From a bacterium (lineage in GTDB: Bacteria; SAR324; NAC60-12): DNA of 10,872 nt. Positions 6,401-10,872 of this stretch are shown one piece after another. Below the pieces are notes generated by a model. The model was not told the origin of the DNA and did no database searches. It saw only the letters and a list, made by a program, of their open reading frames with translations. Both the position numbers and the translations under genes were made by a program. The stretch is from assembly GCA_965233585.1 (NCBI GenBank), contig CBDDTI010000495.1, forward strand, positions 1 to 10,872. The letters are read 5' to 3'. Numbering within the stretch: position 1 is the stretch's first letter; every line of letters begins with the position of its first letter.

Positions 6401-9009
6401 GCTGGCTGGGTGGATAGGCAGGTTGCTGGGTTCCTGGCTTAGTGGGTGGTTTGAATGGTTTGCTTCCTGGTCGCTTGATTAGTTGGCTAGTTGGTTGATT
6501 GTTTGGCAATTTGTGTGATCGATCAGTCAGTACGGCAGCTCTGCTTATGTACGCAACATTTAATACAACTTACCAAGAGAATCCAGCGCCACTGCATATC
6601 CTTTGGGGAAAAAGGAGCAAAGATCAATGGTATTAAACCGATACGCTATAGTAAAAGATTGCACCAAGTTTAATGAACTTATCTGCTAAGACGCTTGTTA
6701 AATTTCAGGTGTTTTGTTATTGTTGTGGAAAGAAAATATAAATCAAGCGATCTCTGCATTACTGACTTTATTTTTAAGTGGTATTTATTTAGGCTTGTTG
6801 CGATGGACTAACTTCATGCTACAGAAACCGGGATAAGCACTGGCCTGATGGGCCATTTGGCTTGTATGCAGACTTACCATCCAGGCTTCTAACTTCCACG
6901 GTCTGATTCTCTTAATAAGAAATATTCTGTACGCAACATCGGTTTAAAATTCAGTTCCATTGAAAGACTTTCAAAAATAGGCTACACTTTTTATGTATCT
7001 ATTGTCCACAATAAATTGCTTTCGCCCCTGACTGAGGGGTCGAGGCATTCCGCATTTTTTTAGATTAGAATGCTGCTTCTTTCCTTTTTTTCCAGGGAAT
7101 TCAAAATACTCCTAATATAAAACGATTTAGAGAAACATTTCAGCAAGAAAATTAACGATACTAAAAGGACATGACATTTCGACGACTTCGTCTCATCATT
7201 GTCAAATAAATAATTAATTAATAAATAAATTATATGCCTTTCCGTTACGTATTATTTATTCATGACAATGATGACATGAAATCGTCGAAACGTCATGTTT
7301 TTTTAGTATCGTTAATTTTCTTGCCGAAATACAGAATACTCTTTTGTTAAAAAGGTGACCAACCGCTAGGCATGTACACAAACTTTCCTGTAATTACCGC
7401 TTGGTAATCTTACATCTTTATCTGTGAATGATTCAAATAATTACTTGGACCGAAAAAAGAAAAATTCCTCGATACTAATTTCATAGGGTAATCTCATTCC
7501 ATTCACACAAGATTCGCCGTATTGTAAAGCAATTAGCAGGTTTACTTTCGTTAAAAAAGATCTAACTGATACTGATACTGATAAAATGAGATAAAACTTT
7601 CCAACCCTTCCGATCGTAAAACTCCTTCGTCATCACCAGTGAAAGAGTGCCCAGCAAGTAAGACTTTGGTCATCGCTAACGAACATGCTAATATCCAGAC
7701 CGCAAACTGGACAAATATGACGGCCACATCTTCAACAATACGGACAAGAGCAATATGGGTAATGCCTGTCCCTTTATTAGCTTCCAAAAGACTTCCGAAC
7801 ACCCGCACAGTCAAGATGGTAGCGTTGAGGCCATACAAGTATTGCGCAATAACTAGTTGTCGGTTTCCAGGTACATATGTGCAAATTCCCCACGTGATCA
7901 TGCGCAATATAAATGTCACAAAGTAGATAAAAAGGCTGATCATGTCCAGTACATTCCAACGGTCACTAGAAGATAAAAATGATCAGAAAAGACAGCTGCG
8001 AAGGTCCCTTCTCTCGTCTTACCGAGTCCTATCATCAGTCACGACGGTAAATCCTGATTTTATTGCGATGACTTGGTTTTAAAGCCAACAATTGTTGGTT
8101 TTCAGTGTCACACCATTCAAAATAGATCGAAATAAAATCAAAACCGTTCAATAGATAAGTCCAAAATCTAAGAAAACAAAGGTAAATATACAAAGCTCTC
8201 ACCAAGATTCAGGTCACAGTAATTTTTCTAAGATACGCGAAGAAATGTTTTACCCAAATCTATAGAGATTTGTATGGAGACGCCATGCTAGAGCCCATCC
8301 GGATGGGCTCCAACATGGCGGCCGGAAATTAACAGAAATATTCGTCACTGAGTTTTGCTACAAAAACGTGAATTTATCCCTCGAAGAACTCAAGAACATT
8401 AAAATCTACCTTTTGTAATGTTTGAACTGTTCAGATGGCTAAATGTCCCGAAATAGTCACTTTGTTAACCAACTTGACAGCTCTCTTAGCCGTCATGTAA
8501 ATGCCACGTTACGCAAAAAGCATAAAAATCCAAGCGAAGTCTGTCACAAAACCAAGGACCTAATCTGAGCGTATATTTGTATGAATACTACAACATAAAA
8601 GTAAATCTCAGGAAGATCACTAGTTTTCTAGTTTGAATTTTAGTGACGTCATGTGAAAACTCCCAATATTTACAAACATTAGGTGCTATAACATTTTTCA
8701 TTTACTGCACGCACCTAAGATATGTATGAAGCATATGCGATGCAACCGATTTATATCTCTGATGTGCTGGCTTCGTTTCCTGATGATGCGTGGAGGCTGA
8801 CAATTCCTTGGGAGCACTCTTGTAGCACTGATCCAGTTCCACAGCTAAACGGCCGACAAAGAATACCAGAATAGACCATTCCACCATTGTAAAAGTAATT
8901 GTCGACGGCGAAAGACATATGGCAGCATGAAGGCCAAGGAGGAAAAAGTAGCTTAAGGTGTCTCTCGCAAAAATGAAGTAAGGCGTGACGAAGTATTCAA
9001 GATACAACT
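251..9009 (-). CDS. Partial multi-exon gene: TRPC-like transient receptor potential channel with two tandem C-terminal SPRY-type modules. Exons: 8715-9009, 7606-7965, 5735-5924, 4977-5198, 4227-4305, 3889-4013, 3350-3502, 2383-2560, 1722-1918, 1186-1350, 676-816, 251-428
   Basis: Manual splicing at GT-AG sites gives a continuous phase-consistent ORF of 2283 nt. TRP hallmarks: YLSDRWNVLD (S3), HLVWTLLG (pore helix), LVNMMIAVLSSTYERV (S6), EWSFRK (TRP box), HPIPVPLNLL (proline-rich box). SPRY-like motifs follow: LVVGVV, SVGY, GDLIVC, FTLNG, LYPFIG. Confidence 0.9.
676..816 (-). CDS. Exon: SPRY module 2 part a (AWYSAGIQIDGCLLTYAGRDLCTEGCKFDFHGARYRQPFSESFPKLE)
   Basis: Acceptor ccttttag; donor GAG|GTGAGT; paralog of exon 3350-3502. 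Confidence 0.9.
1186..1350 (-). CDS. Exon: helical linker before SPRY module 2 (VCSGVTDDRVDAVAKLKKSNDLQFQTLNQRIADICETIVFSNQSSTAVFATTGPK)
   Basis: Acceptor ttcattag at 1352-1351; consensus donor AAG|GTAAGT at 1185; 165 nt open, phase 0/0. Confidence 0.85.
1722..1918 (-). CDS. Exon: SPRY module 1 part c (EKMAYRGDLIVCLVDFNNIEDSRVPILFTLNGTLIHEAKMKYKERPEKELYPFIGMCHKGIRVLAK)
   Basis: Acceptor gttattgcag; donor AAG|GTAAAC; matches SPRY consensus elements GD-x-I-x-C, FT-x-NG and LYP. Confidence 0.9.
2383..2560 (-). CDS. Exon: SPRY module 1 part b (VLIQEDGRRRELVVGVVRAKHRSHELAGKCNDSVGYYTSNGHLLNACDKNDAQSAQPVE)
   Basis: Acceptor tttttttcctgaaag; donor GTAGCA at 2382; 178 nt, same length and phases as exon 251-428. 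Confidence 0.9.
2767..3073 (-). mobile_element. Non-autonomous interspersed repeat with internal hairpin, possibly Crypton-derived
   Basis: Imperfect inverted repeat 2798-2874 with a perfect 11-bp core (CCGTATTGACC 2820-2830 / GGTCAATACGG 2843-2853). The minus-strand end reads TTTATTATATGG...CTGATTGG, like the start of the element at 9661. Resembles recalled anthozoan repeats. Confidence 0.55.
3350..3502 (-). CDS. Exon: SPRY module 1 part a (AWISSGIQIEGCLFTYVGQALCTMCRFKAGAQNFHGARYKLPFSEKFPKLE)
   Basis: Acceptor ttttttctttag; donor GAG|GTAATT; phase 0/0; 31 identical residues with exon 676-816. Confidence 0.9.
3785..3872. repeat. Degenerate fragment of a common anthozoan interspersed repeat
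   Basis: ACTCACGCCGCTTTTTCATCTAATCAGATGTAACACCAAAACGAATTGCGACTC resembles a recalled coral repeat; no structural evidence within the window. Confidence 0.3.
3889..4013 (-). CDS. Exon: helical linker before SPRY module 1 (DESKISNMLTETRRNREMCNQIARKVFFNQSHMTKMAPVGAE)
   Basis: AAG-type acceptor at 4015-4014; donor GTGAGT at 3888; phase 1 in, phase 0 out; similar to exon 1186-1350. Confidence 0.8.
4227..4305 (-). CDS. Exon: helical C-terminal segment (DTNLESILDNLKATYFATHGSSFPLT)
   Basis: Strong acceptor tttcttgctctcag at 4307-4306; donor CAG|GTAACA at 4226; phase 0 in, phase 1 out; open frame. Confidence 0.8.
4977..5198 (-). CDS. TRP exon: TRP domain (SNSLIEWSFRKAIIIRTFSNYHPIPVPLNLLSQ...EEK)
   Basis: Acceptor ttttgcag at 5200-5199, phase 0. 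Donor AAG|GTATGG at 4976 chosen for phase match; alternative donors exist at 4987 and 4971. Confidence 0.85.
5735..5924 (-). CDS. TRP exon: pore helix, filter and S6 (FWEIVQHLVWTLLGIADVGPFTTHDSPADYIAQALYGIFIILALILLVNMMIAVLSSTYERVE)
   Basis: Acceptor gttgcag at 5926-5925; donor GTATGT at 5734; typical TRP S6 motif NMMIA. Missing from the ORF track; translated by hand. Confidence 0.93.
6135..6530. repeat. Degenerate tetranucleotide microsatellite / low-complexity tract (TGGT, TGGC, TAGT units)
   Basis: Directly visible GGTTGGTTGGTTGGCTGGTT-type periodicity with strong G+T strand skew. Confidence 0.9.
6799..6878 (+). mobile_element. 3' fragment of a SINE
   Basis: TGCGATGGACTA...CTTCATGCTACAGAAACCGGGATAAGC...GGCCTGATGGGCCA...GTATGCAGACTTACC matches my recollection of a coral SINE tail; not database-verified. 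Confidence 0.5.
7137..7330. repeat. Long inverted repeat (foldback), arms 7137-7213 and 7252-7330
   Basis: 7137-7204 versus the reverse complement of 7263-7330: 61/68 matches. A further AATAAATAA/TTATTTATT pair follows a 2-nt bulge; AT-rich 38-nt spacer. Confidence 0.93.
7606..7965 (-). CDS. TRP exon: S3, S4, S4-S5 linker, S5 (SDRWNVLDMISLFIYF...ILTVRVFGSLLEANKGTGITHIALVRIVEDVAVIF...RSEG)
   Basis: Acceptor tttatcttctag at 7967-7966 completes the YLS-DRWNVLD motif. Donor GTTGGA at 7605 is weak but its phase (2) matches the next exon. Confidence 0.9.
8091..8667. mobile_element. MITE-like non-autonomous DNA transposon remnant
   Basis: Degenerate terminal inverted repeats ATTGnnnGTTTTCA (8091-8104) / TGAAAACnnnCAAT (8654-8667); internal 40-bp palindrome 8281-8320; resembles a recalled coral repeat family. 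Confidence 0.55.
8715..9009 (-). CDS. TRP exon: pre-S1, S1, S2 and S2-S3 linker (ELYLEYFVTPYFIFARDTLSYFFLLGLH...VEWSILVFFVGRLAVELDQC...HTYL)
   Basis: Acceptor ttttag at 9011-9010; donor GTGCGT at 8714; phase 1 in, phase 2 out; two hydrophobic helices; lies within ORF 8702..9019. Confidence 0.9.
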
Positions 9010-9128
9010 CTAAAACCATATGAGAAAAAAGAGCGATAAATGGACCTACCTACCTTTCAGGAAATGACGCTTTTCGATACTGGAGCATTTGTTCTATTTT
9101 ATTTGAATCTAGCGTTAATTCTCTGATA

Positions 9129-9219
9129 CCCCCAGCCCCCCAATTCAATGTTGTGTAAGCCCTGTAGTCTGTTCAGTCGAAGAAATAGAAAAATCAACAT
9201 TGTTTTGGGGAGAAGGGGG
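9129..9219. repeat. Short inverted repeat (MITE-like relic)
   Basis: 9129-9153 versus the reverse complement of 9195-9219: 20/25 matches, including CAATGTTG/CAACATTG. Confidence 0.5.
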
Positions 9220-9294
9220 CAATATGTGACTAAAACGCCCAAAAATCGAATTTTACTACCACGTGTCTCGACACTTTTGTCGCCCATTGTACCT

Positions 9295-9444
9295 ATAGAC
9301 CATTTCCGATTTGCCTTTTGCCTCTGGAATTGTATTTCGCCAACATGTTCAATTTCTTACAAATAAAACTAATTTTCATCCGGAAAGTTTCGTACAAGGA
9401 CTTTTTCTAAAACAGAGGCGCCAGGGAACTCGGAGAAAGCATAT
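9295..9444. mobile_element. Degenerate ~150-bp MITE
   Basis: The ends ATAGACCATTTCCGATTTGCCTTTTGCCTCTG and CAGAGGCGCCAGGGAACTCGGAGAAAGCATAT are imperfect inverted repeats; resembles a recalled coral MITE family. Confidence 0.5.
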
Positions 9445-9469
9445 TATATTTCATGAACAACATTTCAAA

Positions 9470-9543
9470 CAGCAAGCGATCAGAACGGAACTCTGCTCTC
9501 CGGACTTCAAGTCCAGCGCCCTAACCATTCTTCCACGCTGCCT
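9470..9543 (-). mobile_element. tRNA-derived SINE head (tRNA-Ser(TGA)-like), degenerate
   Basis: Minus strand reads GGCAGCGTGGAAGAATGGTTAGGGCGCTGGACTTGAAGTCCGG: A-box-like D arm and anticodon arm CTGGA-CTTGAAG-TCCGG. The T arm and acceptor stem are degraded. Confidence 0.65.
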
Positions 9544-9692
9544 TAGTTATGAATATGAAGATGTTCTTTTTTGGTCAATACTGGAAGTATGTCACTGATG
9601 GCATTTCATGGATATGAATATTTATGAATGCACAACTGTTTAATTTTAAAAATAAGATCAATTATTATTTATTCAACATATTTCCCCGTTTC

Positions 9693-9784
9693 TGATTGGT
9701 GAAAACCACAGGAATAATTAACCTTAACCAGCTGCTGTTGACCAAATTTGGAAAGAATTTTGTCATATTGAACCAATGACGTCA
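9693..9784. promoter_or_regulatory. Putative transposon promoter motifs: reverse CCAAT (9695-9699), CCAAT (9773-9777) overlapping a CRE palindrome TGACGTCA (9777-9784)
   Basis: Motifs seen directly 100-190 bp upstream of the Crypton ATG; function is inferred only. Confidence 0.35.
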
Positions 9785-9879
9785 AAAGTGCAGCCCGCTG
9801 CCGACTATTGAACCATTGACCGAGAAAACCTGGGGACGAGGCTGTGCTATTTTTGGTGAGCAGAAAAACAAAGAGCGAA

Positions 9880-10275
9880 ATGGCTGCAAGTAGGTTTACA
9901 AGTTTCAGCGAAGAAAATATTACCCAGTTACTTAATGATAAAGACAGTGAGAATACCAAAAAGTCGACGAAACAACATCTTTTGATTTTTGAGTCTTAAC
10001 TCACCTCAAGGAGAAAAACACAGAAATGGAGTTCGATACGATACGAGAAAACAAAATTAAAATGGACAGATGTGTTTTGTGGAGACACTTCAAACAACAA
10101 AATGTAAGCATTACAAAGGATGGGGAATTCGAGTCAACGAAGCCAACCGAGTTTATGAAGCACAGTGCGTAGAGGTGAAGCAGCAAAGGACTGCGAAAAC
10201 TGAACACAAACCTCCATTTGCTGACGGAGGCATTGAGAAATTGTATCGATGCGGTATCATTATTCAATACTGAAT
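9880..10275 (+). pseudogene. Crypton recombinase pseudogene, 5' part (MAASRFTSFSEENITQLLNDKDSENTKKSTKQHLLIFES* ... NEANRVYEAQCVEVKQQRTAKTEHKPPFADGGIEKLYRCG)
   Basis: ATG at 9880, stop at 9997-9999, then frameshifts. The SRF...SENTKKST start and the EHKPP...IEKLY segment resemble Crypton/KIAA1958/ZMYM-related proteins. Confidence 0.75.
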
Positions 10276-10683
10276 CACAGGCTCCCAAGCTCAAAATACG
10301 TGGTGTATGACAGCTTGTGTATACAAGTGGAGAATTGTATAGGAAACTGTCACCGATCGTAAAAACAATTGTAAATTGTGTAAATACACGTAAATAACTA
10401 TTGCCTTTGAATTAAAGTTTTCCTGCCTCAAAATGTGTCGCAAACTTTTAGTGAAGTTGTTTGAAACCGTTACTCCAGTAACGGTTTCAAATAACTTCAG
10501 AATGGCTTTAAAATTGGCACACAATTTTGCAACACATTCGAGGCATGAAAACTTTCTTTCAAATGAGATAGCTATTTACATGTATTTATACAATATTTTT
10601 TTTACGATCGGTGATTTTCCCATACAATTCTTTATATTCGCAAGCTGTCATACACCACGTATTTTGAGCTTGGGGAGCCTGTG
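10276..10683. mobile_element. 408-bp palindromic foldback MITE with CACAGG termini, nested in the Crypton ORF
   Basis: The outer 42 bp of the two arms are identical except for one extra C. Pairing continues to a 2-nt centre at 10475-10476. Flanks TGAAT/TGAAA form an imperfect 5-bp TSD, and the Crypton reading frame resumes after the element. Confidence 0.92.
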
Positions 10684-10872
10684 TGAAATCCCACTCTCTA
10701 TAAAACAAGGTTTTCTTTGCAATAAAGTTATTTTTCTGTTGCCGTGTTTGGTAAAATCTTCGTTAGATGAAAAAGACTAACCTAAAAGTCAACTCGCAAG
10801 GCAAACGCTGTGTTGTGAAAACAAACTATGAGCTAACCAAAAAAACACAGGACACTCGACGTTCAAGTGCAA
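10684..10872 (+). pseudogene. Crypton recombinase pseudogene, continuation (L*NKVFFAIKLFFCCRVW*NLR*MKKTNLKVNSQGKRCVVKTNYELTKKHRTLDVQVQ)
   Basis: One frame with three stops (10701, 10752, 10764). Degenerate LQNKVFF...CRRG-ENLR (catalytic Arg region) and ELTKNHR (catalytic Lys region) motifs. Confidence 0.75.

Larger units (their letters stand above)
9661..10872 (+). mobile_element. Decayed Crypton-type (tyrosine recombinase, DUF3504-like) DNA transposon, continuing beyond the window
   Basis: Leader with CCAAT boxes and TGACGTCA, followed by pseudogene fragments typical of animal Crypton recombinases (see pseudogene entries). Confidence 0.75.

Noticed and set aside
9470..9543. Functional tRNA-Ser gene
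   Set aside because: The D arm and anticodon arm are recognisable, but there is no proper T arm/B box or acceptor stem; better explained as a SINE head.
9099..9598. ORFs 9099..9287, 9148..9366 and 9311..9598
   Set aside because: They span MITE and SINE relics; no coding signal or usable splice context.
9669..10294. Minus-strand ORFs 9669..9959 and 10001..10294 as upstream TRP exons
   Set aside because: They are antisense to the Crypton pseudogene and show no ankyrin or TRP similarity.
10291..10780. Two opposite-strand ORFs sharing KLFETVT-x-VTVSNNF, suggesting a gene pair
   Set aside because: A mirror artefact of the palindromic MITE.
1..10872. Prokaryotic operon, CRISPR array or defence system
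   Set aside because: The spliceosomal exon-intron structure, SINE/MITE content and lack of regularly spaced direct repeats indicate animal nuclear DNA.

Overview
Eukaryotic, AT-rich, intron-rich genomic DNA; the repeat families and gene type suggest a stony coral or other anthozoan (inference). Almost the whole window lies inside one minus-strand gene. I can splice 12 exons (9009 down to 251, all GT-AG, phases consistent) into 2283 nt with no stop codon, about 760 aa. It encodes a TRPC-like cation channel (pre-S1, S1-S6, pore helix, TRP box EWSFRK, proline-rich box) whose C-terminal tail carries two tandem copies of a helical linker plus SPRY (SPRYD3/RanBP9-type) module, produced by an exon-block duplication. 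The 5' exons lie beyond 10872, and the last exon(s) probably lie before position 1. The introns are full of repeats: a decayed Crypton-type tyrosine-recombinase transposon (9661 to window end, + strand) interrupted by a 408-bp fully palindromic CAC-ended MITE, a long inverted repeat with hammerhead-like cores, several MITE/SINE remnants and a GT-rich degenerate microsatellite. Repeat family names come from recalled similarity and were not checked against a database.
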